Source: Scenedesmus sp. PABB004 (lineage: Eukaryota). From it: a stretch of DNA of 64,000 nt. The DNA lies in the NCBI GenBank assembly GCA_014905635.1, contig JABVCE010000050.1, positions 1 to 64,000 on the forward strand, given 5' to 3'. Within the stretch, counting starts at the first letter, position 1. Each line of letters starts with the position of its first letter. Below are positions 52,425 through 64,000 of this stretch, piece by piece. The notes under the pieces were generated by a model. It saw only the letters and a program-made list of their open reading frames with translations, searched no databases and was not told the origin of the DNA. Both the position numbers and the translations under genes were made by a program.

Positions 52425-53971
52425 ATGGCGGCGGCGCGAGAGTTTGACGTCGTCGTCTTCGGCGCGACTGGCTTCACCGGTCAGCGCGTCCTGGAGGAGG
52501 CGCTGCGCGCGCTGCCGCCGTCGACGCGGCTGGCGGTGGCGGGGCGCAGCGCGGCGTCGCTGTCCGCGCTGGCGCAGCGCCTGGCGGCGCCGGGGCGCCT
52601 GCAGGTCATCGGCGGCGTGCAGGCGTCCGACGACGCGGCGCTCGCAGCGATGGCGGCCCGCACGCGGCTCTTGCTGAACTGCGCGGGCCCGTTCCGGGAG
52701 CTTGGAGGCGGCGTGTTCGCCGCGTGTGCAGCCGCAGGCACCGACTACCTCGACATATGCGGAGAGCCGGGTGGGTGCCTGTGTGCGCGTGTGTGGCAGG
52801 GCAGGGGCGGCGCCCGCGCGCCCCACCAACGCCCCGCGCCGCGCAGAGTTCATCGAGCGCATGGCGCTGCGCCACGGCGCCGCAGCGGCGGCGAGCGGCG
52901 CGGTCATGGCGTCTGCTGCTGGATTTGACTCGCTCCCCGCCGACATGGGCGCCCTCATGGTCAGCCGAGAGTTTGTGCCGCCGGCGGTGCCGGGCGCGGT
53001 CGAGGCGGTCATCACCCTCGCGCCGGGGCCGGGCGGCACGTCCATCCACTACGCGACCTGGGCGGCCGCGGTGCAGGGCATGGGCTCGGTCGCGGAGCTG
53101 CGGCGGCTGCGCGGCGAGGCGCGGCGGGCGGGGCTCAACCCGCCGCCGCGCCTGCTGGGCCCGCGGCCCAAGGCGCCCGAGGGGCCCACATGGGACGCGC
53201 GCCTGGGGCTCTACACACTGCCCTTCCCCGGTGCGCCTGGGCCCCTGCTGACGCCCCTGGCCGCGCGCGCGGCGCGCACGAGCCGACCTGACGCGCCGCG
53301 CCGCGTCGCCGCCGCCGTGCCAGGCGCCGACGCGAGCGTCGTGCGGCGCACGCAGTCTGCGCTCGCGGCCGCCGGCGAGCCCGCCGTCCACTTCACTGCG
53401 CGCTTCACCGTCCCGAGCGCGTGGGCGGCCGTGCAGTTTGTGTTCTGGGCGGGCCTCGTCTTCAGCACGCTGTGCAAGGCCGCCTGGGGCCGCGCGCTGC
53501 TGCTCAGGTGTGCGCGCGGCGCGCGGAGCCGGCGCCCAGCTGGCTGCGCGCGCAGCAGCAGGCGCGGCCACCACGCCCGCGCGCCCGCGTGCCGCCAGGT
53601 TCCCCGGCTTTTTCAGCCGCGGGCTCGTGACCCACGCGGGCCCGAGCGAGGCCCAGATGGCCGCCACGACCACGACGCTCGACTTTTTCGCGGCGGGCTG
53701 GTCCGCGCCGCCGCCGCCGGGCGTGGCGCCGGGAGCGCCGGACCGCGCGGTCCACGCGCAGGTGACGCTCGGTGACCCAGGCTATCGTTGCACCGCGGTC
53801 ATGCTCGTCGCGGCCGCGGCGACGCTGCTGGAGGACGATCGAAACGCGATGCTCGCGGCCGTCGGCGGGCGCGGCGGCGTGTTCACGGTCGGCCAGCTGT
53901 TCCGCAACAGCAGCCTGATGTCGCGCCTGGACGCGCGCGGCGTCAGGTACGCCGTCAAGCGCGCGGCGTGA
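52425..53971 (+). CDS. Saccharopine dehydrogenase-like oxidoreductase
   Basis: FDVVVFGATGFTG, LAVAGRS, LLNCAGPF, YLDICGEP, AGFDSLPADMG, DPGY...GGVFT. Confidence 0.9.
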
Positions 53972-54258
53972 CCGGGCCAGGGGCGGCGCTGGCGCTGCGC
54001 CGCGCGCGCCCGGCCGCGCGGCCGGGCAGCGCGTGCCCGTGTGCAACCTGACCGCGGCGCCTTGAGAGCGACCGCTGGCAGCTGCGCCGTTCAGCTGCCA
54101 CGGCAGCCGCTGCGCGGCTAGCTCCATGCAGCCAGCTGGCCGCCGCTACGCGCTGCCGCGGCCTCAGCCCAGGCCTGGCCGCTGAAGAAGTGTTGGCAGC
54201 TTGGCTGCGCGGCGCTGCTGCTTGCAAGCGCGCGTCGCGCAGGCCGCGGCGGCGCGCG

Positions 54259-54263
54259 TTACA
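54259..54263 (-). promoter_or_regulatory. TGTAA polyadenylation signal of metaxin
   Basis: TTACA on the + strand, 30 nt beyond the stop. Confidence 0.55.
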
Positions 54264-54292
54264 GCGCGCGGCGCGACCCGCTCGGCGCCGGG

Positions 54293-55729
54293 TCAAGCGT
54301 CCACCTCCACCTCCTCCACGTCGTCGTCGTCCTCGTCGTCGTCGCCGAGGTCGTCCCCCGGCGCGAGGCGCTCGATGGAGATGTAGTCGCCCCCCAGCAC
54401 CACGTACGCGCCCACCGCCGCCACGGCGCCCGCGAGCCACCACTGGCTGCCGCGCCACATGCGCGCCTCCTCCACCGTGGGCGTCGCCTTGGGCGCGTGC
54501 GGCTGGCCCTGCGGCCGCACGGCCGGGCGCGGCGGTGTCGGCAGCGCGCCGCGGCGCAGCAGTGCCGGCGCGGCAGTGTCGGCGCGGCGCCGCGCGCGCA
54601 CCTGCGCCGCGTCGGACCAGGCCGAGGCGTCGTCCGCGGGCGGGGGCGGCATGTCCGTGGCAAAGAAGTCCGCCAGCAGCGCGTCCACGTAGCGCACCAG
54701 CACCAGCAGGCCGCCCACCTTTTCGCGCAGCACCGGCGCGGCCACGGGCGAGTGGCGGTAGAACGCGAGGTGCCCGAACAGCAGCGCGTCGAGGCTGCTG
54801 GGCCGGTCGCCGAAGAAGAAGCGCCCCGGCGATGCGCGCAGGCGGTCGGCCAGCGCGCTCAGCGCCTCCACCGCGCCCTGGTACGCCTGCGCCGCCGCGT
54901 GCAGCCGCGCGGCGGCGGCGGCCGGGCGCGCGTCACGGGCAGCGCCTCGTGCGGCAGCGCCCCACGCGGCAGCTCGACCGCGCCCCGCGCGGCAGCGCCC
55001 GCCGATCGCGCGTGCACAGTGCGCGCGCCTTGTATCCGTCGATGTGTCCCAGCAGCTTGGCCATGTCGTTGCGCTGGCTCCAGGGGACGATGAAGCTGAG
55101 CGGGAAGGGCAGCGAGCCGCCGTACGCGGCCTTGCGGAACTCCCGGAAGCCGCGCCGCTCGAGCCAGGTGGTGTAGTGGGTCGCGGGGTCGAGCTTGGCC
55201 TGCAGCAGCGCGGTGAACGCGAGCAGCTCCGCGCGCTGCGCGGGCGAGAGCCAGGCGTCGAGGTCGGCCAGCCCCGTGCGCGCGAGCAGCGCGATGATCG
55301 CGCGCGCCGCGCCCAGGTCGCCCGCCTCGGACGCCGCCGCGACCTCGCTGCCCGTGTCCAGCGCGGGCACCACGCCTGCGCCGCGGCGCGCGGGCGGTCG
55401 GCGCGCGCGCGCGCGGCACTGCGACGGCGCCGCGCGCCGCCTCTGGCCGCGCCCCCCAGCGCCGCCCGCGCGCACCCGTGGGCGTGCTGGATGCGCCGCC
55501 CTCCTGCACGCAGAACTGCACCTGGCCCAGCCGCAGCGCCGCCTGCGGCGCGTGCGGGCGCCGTCTGCAGCGCGGCGCTCGCCCGCCGCCGGCGGTTGCG
55601 GTTGGCGGCGCCGCCGCCGCGCACCTCTGCCTGCAGCGCCGCCGCGGTGAGCGAGGGCAGGCCCGCGTACGGGGGCCACTTGTACAGCACCACGCTGCCG
55701 CCGCCGGCGCCAGCGGCGGCTGCTGCCAT
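54293..55729 (-). CDS. MTX1: Metaxin (mitochondrial outer-membrane import, GST-like)
   Basis: LYKWPPYAGLPSL, GSLPFPLSFIVPW, ALSALADRL...FFFGDRPSSLDALLFGHL, C-terminal TM segment and acidic tail. Confidence 0.88.
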   Translation of the reverse strand: MAAAAAGAGGGSVVLYKWPPYAGLPSLTAAALQAEVRGGGAANRNRRRRASAALQTAPARAAGGAAAGPGAVLRAGGRRIQHAHGCARAALGGAARGGARRRRSAARARADRPRAAAQAWCPRWTRAARSRRRPRRATWARRARSSRCSRARGWPTSTPGSRPRSARSCSRSPRCCRPSSTPRPTTPPGSSGAASGSSARPRTAARCPSRSASSSPGASATTWPSCWDTSTDTRRAHCARAIGGRCRAGRGRAAAWGAAARGAARDARPAAAAARLHAAAQAYQGAVEALSALADRLRASPGRFFFGDRPSSLDALLFGHLAFYRHSPVAAPVLREKVGGLLVLVRYVDALLADFFATDMPPPPADDASAWSDAAQVRARRRADTAAPALLRRGALPTPPRPAVRPQGQPHAPKATPTVEEARMWRGSQWWLAGAVAAVGAYVVLGGDYISIERLAPGDDLGDDDEDDDDVEEVEVDA

Positions 55730-56098
55730 CGCGGCGCGCGGCGTCGGGCCGCGGGCGCTGCTGCTGCCGGGCGTCGCGCGGCGGCGGGCGGCGGCGGCGG
55801 CGCGGATCAAGGCCTGCGTGCCGGTGAGGCCGATCGGGGCGGGCGGTACTTGGGCCGGCAGGCGGGCGGGCGGCAAGGCTGGGGCTTTGCTGTGCGCCAG
55901 CCCGTGCACCCTACAGCCCGCCCGGACCTCCCGCGCCGCCAGTCTTCCACCCAGTCTTCCACCCTAGACGCCGGTGGGCTCCCAGCTGGGTGGCAGGCAG
56001 GCAGGGGCCTCGCAGGCGCCGCGGAGACGGGGAGGACGTGGCCAGAGGACGCGGACCACGGCCTCGCGCTCGTTCAGGGCGCAGCAGCAGCCCCCGCG

Positions 56099-57256
56099 AT
56101 GGCCACCGACGTGCTGGCCCCGCAGCAGCGCCTCCTGCTGGCGCGCATGGCGCGGGCGCAGCTCGCGGTGGCGGCGGCCGCCGCGCTGGCGCTGGGGCTG
56201 GGCGCCGCGCTCAAGGTGGCCGCGGCGGCCCTGCTGGCGGCCCTGCGCGGTGCGCTGACGCTCGCGGGCGCGCTCGCGGGCGCGCGCGCGTCGTCGCTGC
56301 TCCTGCTGCGCCCCGCGCCGTCGGCCGGCGGCGCGGTCGCGCAGCAGCCGGGCGCGCAGCCGCAGCCGGGCGCGCAGCCGCAGCCCGCCGCGCAGCAGCA
56401 GCCGTCCCGGCGTGAGCGCGAGGGCGCGCCCCGCGCGGCCGGCGTGCCCCGGCCGGCGCGCCCGCGCGCCCCGCCGGCGCCGGCGCGGCTGACCGTGGTG
56501 CTGGACCTGGACGAGACGCTGCTCTGCACCTACCGCCTCCACGCGGCGGGCGACGCGCTGCAGCTGCAGCCCAGCGCCGCGTGCGCGGCGCTGCGCCGGC
56601 GCTCGCTCGCGGGCCTGCTCGGCGGCGGCGGCGCCGCCGCGCCGGCCGCGGGCGGCTGGACGGCGCGCGTGGCGCGCGTCGCCGACTGCGGCGGCGAGCT
56701 GGCGCGGCTGGGCGCCGAGTGCGGCGCGAGCGCGTGGGCAGAGTACACGCCCGCGGGCGGGGGCGCGCCGACGCTGCTCGCCGTGTTCCTTCGCCCGGGC
56801 GTGTCGGAGCTGCTGGCGCGCGCGTCGGCGTTTGCCCAGCTCGTGCTGTGGACCGCGGGGACGCGCGCCTACGCGGACCCCCTCGCCGACCTGATTGACC
56901 CCACGCGCACGCGCTTTGCGCGCCGCCTCTTTGGCGACGCGTGCGGGGCGACCCAGGGCGGGCGGCACGTGAAGGACCTCGTCGCCGCGCTGGGGCCGCG
57001 TCTTGACCTGTCGCGCACGGTGCTGGTCGACAACGACGCGCACGTCTTCACGTCGCAGCCCGACAACGGCCTGCCCTGCCCGCCCTTTGTCGGGCACCGC
57101 GGCGACGGCGCGCTGCTGGGCGTCATCCTGCCCATGCTCGCGAGCCTGGCCGAGGTGGGCGACGTGCGGCCGGTGCTGGCAGAGCAGTTCCGAATCCAGG
57201 CGTGGCTGGCGGCCAGGGGCGCGGCGCACGCGCGCGGCAGCGCCGGGCGGCACTGA
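56099..57256 (+). CDS. NIF/FCP1-like HAD phosphatase with hydrophobic N-terminus, intronless
   Basis: LTVVLDLDETL, FLRPGV, LWTAG..YA, VKDL, DLSRTVLVDN, QPDNG. Confidence 0.85.
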   Translation: MATDVLAPQQRLLLARMARAQLAVAAAAALALGLGAALKVAAAALLAALRGALTLAGALAGARASSLLLLRPAPSAGGAVAQQPGAQPQPGAQPQPAAQQQPSRREREGAPRAAGVPRPARPRAPPAPARLTVVLDLDETLLCTYRLHAAGDALQLQPSAACAALRRRSLAGLLGGGGAAAPAAGGWTARVARVADCGGELARLGAECGASAWAEYTPAGGGAPTLLAVFLRPGVSELLARASAFAQLVLWTAGTRAYADPLADLIDPTRTRFARRLFGDACGATQGGRHVKDLVAALGPRLDLSRTVLVDNDAHVFTSQPDNGLPCPPFVGHRGDGALLGVILPMLASLAEVGDVRPVLAEQFRIQAWLAARGAAHARGSAGRH

Positions 57257-57799
57257 CCAAGCGGCGCCGCGGCGCCAGGCGGCGGGGGGAGCCCGGCCCT
57301 CGCCGCGCGCCAATTGGCGGCGGCGGGGCAGGGCGCCGGCAGGGCGCGACATGGCACGATTGAGGCATCCATCCACGCAGCGCACCAGGAATAAACCCAT
57401 GCAGCTTTGCACAGTTTTGACAGTGGCCGCGCTCGACAGACGCCTGACGCCTGCACAGACAGACAGCCCTGCTGTCAGGCCGACCTGCAACGCGCCCCGC
57501 CTCCGCGCCGGCACGTGCGGCGGGCGCCTCAGCTTGCAGTGAGCGCAGCGCCGGTCCGGTTGTGTGTGTGTGTGTGTGTGCATTCACTCTTGATGCCTGC
57601 GGATTGCACGCCTCGCGGGGCGTGGGGGCGCGCTGCGCGCCCCGCTGTGTACCAGTAGCACACGCGATCTGCCGCCTGCCTGCGAACGGGCGGCGCCAAG
57701 CACTGCTCGCACTGCGCTGCGCCGAGTGACCCCCCTCCGATTTTGAGACGGTGACGGTTAACGAACAACCTCCGCGCCGCCGCGCCGCGCCGCCGTGCG

Positions 57800-59178
57800 T
57801 CACTCGGTCTCCATCGACACCGCGCCCTCCACGACCGTGACCTCGCTCAGGGGGATGACCTTCTCCTTGAGCACGGCTGCGCGGCGGGACAGGCGGCGGC
57901 ACGTGCAGCTCAGCGGCGCCAGCGGCGGCTGCTGCCCGCGCGCGCGCCGCACTCACGCGCGGTGCCGGGCGGGTAGTGGACGGGGAACTGGCGCGTGTAG
58001 GTCTTGCCCTGCAGCAGCTCGTAGTTGCGCAGGTAGTCCACGCCGTCGGCGGTGATCACGCACAGGTCGACGTTGGACCCGGAGCCGAGGTCGTTGTACA
58101 CGCCGCTGCGGCGCGGGCGGCGGCGCGGGCGTGGCGCGGTCGGCACGCGCATGCGCGGGCGCGGCGGTCGCCGCGCGGCGCTGCGCGCGGCGGCGGCGGG
58201 GCGCGCGCGCGCAGGGGCAGCGCGCGCCTGCGGATGGCGCGCGCGGCGAGGGCCATGGCCTCCTCGCGGGTCATGTCGTCCTTGTAGCCCGCCTCAAACA
58301 CGGCCATGGCGTTGAGGCTGCCGCTGCCCATGGTCGCGTAGGGCAGCGCGTCGGTGGAGCCGTGCGGGAAGATCTGCGACCCGGTGCGGCGCGGCGCGGC
58401 GCGGCGCGGTCGGGCGCGCTGCTGCCGCGCGGGGGCACGCCGCCGTGGCGCGCACGTGCTGCCGCGCGGGCGGGCCGTGCCGGGCGGCGGCGCGCGCCCA
58501 CCGTGAAGAGGTGGGGGCCGTGCAGGTCCACGCCGCCGAGGATGAGCGCGGCGGAGACGTGGCCCTGGTACCTGAACAGGTGGCTCTTGAGCAGCGTCAT
58601 CGCCGTCACCACGCGCGCCTGGCGCCCGGTCGCGTACTTGTGCAGCTCCAGGTTGGACGACACCATCGCTGCGCCGCCCCGCCCGCGCGGCGCGGGCGTC
58701 GGCGCCCGCCGGCGGCGGCGAGCGCGGCGCGCGTCGCCCCCCGCAGCGCAGCGGCCGCGGCGGCCGGCCCTGCGTGGCGGTGGCGCGCGCGCACCTGTGA
58801 CGTTCATGGTGTCGGCGGCGGTGCCCGCGCCGCAGCAGTAGATGTTGGGCGCGATGTAGTGGATCTTCTCGCAGTTCTTGTCCGCGACGGTGCTGCCCGA
58901 CGTGGACCGCGTGTCGGCGGCGAGCACCACGCCGTCCTGCGGCGGCGCGCCGCGCGACCGTCGGCCCGCGTGGGCGTGCGCCGCAGGCGGCCGGCCCCGC
59001 TGCCGCCGGCGGCGGCGCTCGCCCGGGGCGGCAGGCGCGCGGCGGCGCGCGCCTTGTACACGACGCCGACGATTGTGGTGCCCGTCTTCCAGGCCCGCGG
59101 CGGCTGCACGCCCTTGCTGGCCAGCAGCTCATTGCGCTTGACCAGCTCGAAGCTGAAGCCGCCCGCGTTGGAGCCCAT
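57800..59178 (-). CDS. PBB1: 20S proteasome subunit beta2 (PSMB7/PBB)
   Basis: [10 protein letters not shown]...[49 protein letters not shown]. Confidence 0.96.
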
Positions 59179-59807
59179 GTCGGCGCGCCGCCGCAGCAGC
59201 GCCGCCGCCGCGCGCGCCGCCGATCGCCGCGGCCTCCCTGCGCGCCGTCCGCCTCGCTGCGCGGCGCGTGCGCCTGCCGGCGGTCTGGATCGGCGCGCGG
59301 GGGGTCGATCAAGCCCTGGCAACGGGCGAGCTCGCCTGTGATGGGCTTAGATGAGGCCCGGCTGGCGAGGCGGGGCGCGTGCGTGCCTGGCAGGTGCACC
59401 CTGGGTCGTGCGAGTGGGTGTCGAGTGGCGGGGGAGGCGAGGGAGGGAGAGGACAGCAGGGCGCGGCGAGAGGCGCGAACCGCGCGAGTCGCGCGGTTGT
59501 GACGCACAACCGTCTCGCCCCTCACCTCCTGTGCCTGCACGCTGCCCACACGCTTACCACAACGCCGCGACGCCGTGATCAGAGCACACGCGCGGGAGCG
59601 CACGACAGCAGACGCCGCCGCAACCGCCGCGCGCCGCAGCCGACCGCGCCGCCTGCTTTGCCCGTGCGTGCCCTGCCCCGACCCACCGCCGCCGCGCGCG
59701 TCAGCCGGCTCCGGCAGCAGGGCCCGCAGCAGGCGCCCGCGGCGGCGCACACGGGAGAGCAGCGGCGGACCGGGCGCAGCGGCGCGCGGCGCCGGCGAAG
59801 CTGCACG

Positions 59808-60997
59808 ATGGCGTGGCCGGAGCGGCCAGAGACGGAGCGGGTGCGTGGGGGCAGGGAGGAGGGGCAGCGGGAGCCAGGGCGACGGCCGCCGAGCGCGCCC
59901 ACGCCGCCGCTGCTGCCCCGGCGTGCGCCGCCGCGCGCACACGCAGCTGTTTGGCGACAGCGTGCCGTCGGTGCCGCTCTCGACCGCGAGCGCGAGCCAC
60001 GGCAGCCTCGCGCCGCTCGCGGCGGCCGGCGGCGGCGGCGGGTTTTGGGAGGAGAACACGCTCGACGAGTCGGTCTGGGCGACGCTGAAGCGCGACGTGC
60101 TCACGATCGGGCGCAACCTGCGCAGCGTGCTCATCCCCGTCAACTGGGACTTCCAGAACCACCAGGCCGCGCTGCACAACTGGGACCTGTGGGGGCCGCT
60201 GGTGCGGCGGCGCCGCGCGCCGCAGGTCAGGCGCCCGCCGCGAGCTGCTGCTGTGCGCGCCGCCGCGCCGCGACGGCCGCCCGCGGGCGCTGCTGCTGCG
60301 CGCGACGCGGCGCAGATCTTCATGCTCGGCCTGGCCATCACGCTGTCGGTGGGGGAGCAGAAGCCGTCAGACGTGTTTGCGGTGAGGCGCCGCGGCTGGG
60401 GCTGCAGCAAGCGCGCGGCAGCGCGTGCGCGGCGGCCGACGCGCACGGGGACCGGCGCGCGCGGGGGCCGACGCGCGCGCGCGCGCACGCCCCGCAGCTT
60501 GTGTTCACCGAGGTCGCGCTGGGCGCGTGCGTGCTGACCGTCAACGTCATCCTGCTGGGCGGCAGCATCGTGTTCTTCCAGAGCCTCTGCCTCATCGGCT
60601 ACTGCCTCTTCCCAATCGTCATCGCGGCCATCGTGTGCGTGCTCGTCAAAATGGCGGTGCGTGGCCGCAGCGGCGGCAGCGCCAGCGGCCGCGGGCGCGG
60701 CGGGCGCGCGCGCTGAGCGCCGCAGCGCGCGCCCGCCCACCGCCGCAGTGGGTGCGCACGCTCGTGCTCGTGGCGTGCCTGGGCTGGGCGTCGTTTGCGA
60801 CGGTGCCCTTCATTGGCAAGACCGTGTCGTCAGAGTGAGCCGCGCAGGCCGCTTCGCGCGCGCGTGCGGCCGCCGCATGCGCCGCGCCGGCGCGCTCACG
60901 CCGCCGCCCCGCCCCGCGCAGGCGCCGCGCGCTGGCGGTCTACCCGGTGCTGCTGATGTACGTCTCCATAGGCTGGCTCGCCCTAGTGAAGAGCTGA
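59808..60997 (+). CDS. YIP1-family Golgi membrane protein (YIP4/YIPF6-like)
   Basis: [56 protein letters not shown]. Confidence 0.92.
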
Positions 60998-61361
60998 GGG
61001 CGCGCCGGCCGGCAACGAGCGAGCAGCGCGAGCCCTGCGTCATGACGCCAGCCGCCGCAGCTGCCGCAGAGCGCCGCCCCGGCTCGGTCACAGGCCCACA
61101 GGCGACAGCCAAGCCAGCAGTCGCGCCCGCAGCTTGCAGCCGCGCAGCCTCCGGGGCGTGGCGAGCGCTGCCGCAGCCGCCGCCGCTGCCGGCAGACGGC
61201 AGCCGCGCGCTCCGCGTCCACGCGGGCGGAGCTGTGTGTGCTGAGCTTCCTGACCAGCCGCGCGCGCGGCACTCGCCCGCCCGCCCGCGCGCATCGGCGC
61301 CCGCGCTGCAGCCGCGCGTGGCGCGGACGGCGCGCGGTGACGGGCGCGTCCTGTGGGAGGC

Positions 61362-64000
61362 ATGGCATCGCTCAAGGTCTCGGCGCCAGATGGCGTCAAG
61401 GTGAGGCGCCCCGGCGGCGCGGCGCAGCGCGGCGGCTGCGCTGCTGCTGCCGGCGGCCGCGCGGCCGCCGCAGCGCGCAATCGTGCGCGCCAGCCTGGAT
61501 GCGGAGCGGCTGCTCTCTCTGGCAGCTGAGGCGCAGCGTTGCGCAGGTGTACACGGTGGGCAGCGGCAAGACGATGCCCGCGTGGCTGTCCGAGGCCAAG
61601 AAGCGCGCGCTGCGCAAGGACGAGGACTACAGGTGCGCCTGCGCCAGGGCGGGGGTCGGGGTGCCGGGAGGGAGGGCGGGACGGCCACGCGCAGCGGCGG
61701 CGCGCGGCAGCAGGGCAGCGCGCGGAGCACGCTGACCTGACGCGCGCTGCCCGCGTGCAGGCGGCGGCTGGAGCTGCTGCAGGACCTGCAGTTCCCCTCT
61801 GCCTGCCAGCGCATCAAGATCACGCCCGACCAGCAGTACATCTTTGCGACCGGCTACCACCCGCCCATGGTGCGCGCGGCGCGGCGCCGGCCGCGCGGCG
61901 CGGCGCGGCGCGCGCGGGGGCCCGCTGCGGCGGTTGCGGGGGTGATGATCTTTCACTTTTGCCTCATACTTCGCTGAAAGCCGCTCGCGGCCATGAGGAG
62001 ACACAAGTGAACACACCTGACCCGCCACGCCCGCGCGCGCGCGCCCGGCCAGCCGCGCCCGCGCGTGCGGCGCCGCGCCGCCAACGCGCCGCGCACGCCG
62101 CCGCCCCCTGCCCTCCCCGCCTGCCGCCCGCGCCGCCCGTGCTGCCCCTTGGCGGCGGCGGCGCGCAGGTGAAGCTGTACGACCTGCACAACCTGTCGCT
62201 CAAGTTTGACCGCCACCTCGACGCCGAGGTGGTGGACATGGTCGTGCTGAGCGACGACTACTCCAAGCTCGCCCTGCTCTGCGCCGACCGCTCCATCTCC
62301 TTCCACGCGCGGTTCGGGTCGTACACCAAGACGCGCACGCCCCGGCAGGGCCGCGACCTCGCGTACGCGCACGCGTCGGCGGAGCTGCTCGTCGTGGGCA
62401 GCGCGCCAGAGGTGTGGCGGCTCAGCCTCGCGGAGGGGCGCTTCATGGCGCCGCTGCCCGCAAAGTCGAGCGGCATCAACGCATGCGGTGAGCACACCGC
62501 GGCGCGGCCCCGGCGGCGGCGCGCCATGCCTGCGCACGCCGCCCGCGGCGCGCCGCGCCGAGCGCCCGCCGCCGCGCCTCCGCCGCCGCCGCGCAGGGCT
62601 GAGCCCCACGCACGGCCTGTTTGCCGCCGCGGGCGAGGACGGCCTGCTGGAGTGCTTCGACCTGCGCCAGCGGGGCAGCGTGGCGGTGCTGGACGCGGCG
62701 GCAGCGGCCGGAGCGCCAGGTGGGCGCCGCCGGCGGCGCAGCGGCCGCGCGGGGGTCCACGCGCCACGGCACTGACGCCGCCCTCCGCCTCGCCGCGCAG
62801 GCGCGCAGCTGACGGCGCTGCGCTTTGACGACAGCGGGCTGCAGCTCGCGGCGGGCACCAGCAGCGGGCTGGTGGGGCTGTGGGACCTGCGCTGCGCCGC
62901 GCCGCTGCTGGTCAAGGACCACATGTACGGCGCGGCCATCCGGGACATCAAGTTCCACAGCGGCGCGGTGCGGCACCGCGCGCGACCCAGCCCCCCGCGG
63001 CCAGCGCGCGCCCGCCTGCGCAGCTGCTCAGCGCAGCGCCCGCCCCCGGCCGCGCGCGCAGGCTGGCGTGGGCGGCGGCGGCAGCTCGCTGGACGTGCGG
63101 CGCGTCATCAGCGCGGACAGGCACATCATCAAGGCGCGGCGCGGCGCGGCGCGGGGCGCGCGGAGGGGGGGGGGGACCTCCAGCGCCGCGCCGCCGCGGC
63201 GCATGCGCTCGCGCGAGTGCGCCACGCATGCGCCCGCGCCGAGCGGAGCCGCCCCGCGCCGCCGCGCGCCGCGCGGTCAGGTGTGGGACGCGAGCAGCGG
63301 CGCGGGCTACACCTCGATCGAGCCCGCCGACGGCGCGGATATCAACGACGTCGCGCTCTGGCCGGGCAGCGGGCTGCTGCTGGTCGGCAGCGACGCGCCG
63401 CGCATCGGCAGCTACTTTGTGCCCTCCCTCGGCCCCGCGCCGCGCTGGTGCTCCTTCCTGGAGGGCCTCACCGAGGAGCTGGAGGAGGCGGCGCCCGCGG
63501 TCTACGACGACTACCGGTGAGAGGCGGGGGGGGGGGGGGGTGAGCGGCCCGGCGGCGCCGCGCGCACGCCGCGCGCACGCTGCGCCGCGCCCGAGCACGC
63601 GCCGCGCCCGCCTGCGCGCGCGCGCCGTGCGCAGGTTTGTCACGCGCGCCGACCTAGGGCGCCTCGGCCTGGAGCACCTGCTGGGCAGCCCGCTGCTGCG
63701 CGCCTACATGCACGGCTTCTTCATGGACGCCCGCCTCTACGCCAAGGCCGCCGCCGCGGCGCAGCCGTTTGCGTACGAGGCGTACCGCGCGGCGCGCGTC
63801 GCGGCCAAGCTCGAGGAGGAGCGCCAGGGCCGCATCAGCGTCGTGCGCAAGCTGCCCAAGGCGAGGCGCCGCGGCGCGCGCGCGGGGCGCCGGCCCCCGC
63901 TGCAGCGGCCGCGCCACTGACGCGCGCCCTCTGCCGGCCCCGCGCCCGCAGGTCAACCGCGCGGTCGCCGCGCGCCTGCTGGCGCAGCAGGAGGCAGAGG
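61362..64000 (+). CDS. NOL10: Nucleolar protein 10 / ENP2 (WD40), 3'-truncated by window
   Basis: [83 protein letters not shown]. Confidence 0.95.
61936..62025 (+). ncRNA. Intronic box C/D snoRNA (probable 18S rRNA 2'-O-methylation guide)
   Basis: C box GTGATGA 61942-61948, D' CTGA 61974-61977, C' ATGAGGA 61993-61999, D CTGA 62017-62020, terminal stem GCGGG/CCCGC. Forms an AT-rich island in an unusually long NOL10 intron. Confidence 0.88.

Overview
This is eukaryotic nuclear DNA from an extremely GC-rich green alga. Chlorophyta is inferred, probably Sphaeropleales, from TGTAA poly(A) signals, plastid-targeted genes and an OPR protein. The window is gene-dense, with about 24 mostly intron-containing genes, so the ORF track is largely GC-driven noise and gene models had to be rebuilt by reading splice sites. 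Recognisable genes: D-lactate-type dehydrogenase (3' part), DDX54/DBP10 helicase, EXECUTER-like, a CBM14-type secreted protein, adenylosuccinate lyase, an OPR protein, Mic10, eIF(iso)4G, TDP1, plastid ABCF, RPE, KIF9-like kinesin, class II HDAC, SCCPDH-like, metaxin, a NIF phosphatase, proteasome beta2, YIP1 family and NOL10 (5' part). Main observations: (1) a clear box C/D snoRNA inside a NOL10 intron, with an apparent 18S rRNA guide; (2) about half of the introns in purB and DDX54 use GC donors, always after exonic AG; (3) a small secreted precursor with neuropeptide-like processing signals (signal peptide, RSLA|Q, C-terminal WW-GRR); (4) 2 kb away, an 8-Cys GPI-anchored protein reminiscent of LORELEI-like co-receptors. 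All calls are by eye and no searches were run.
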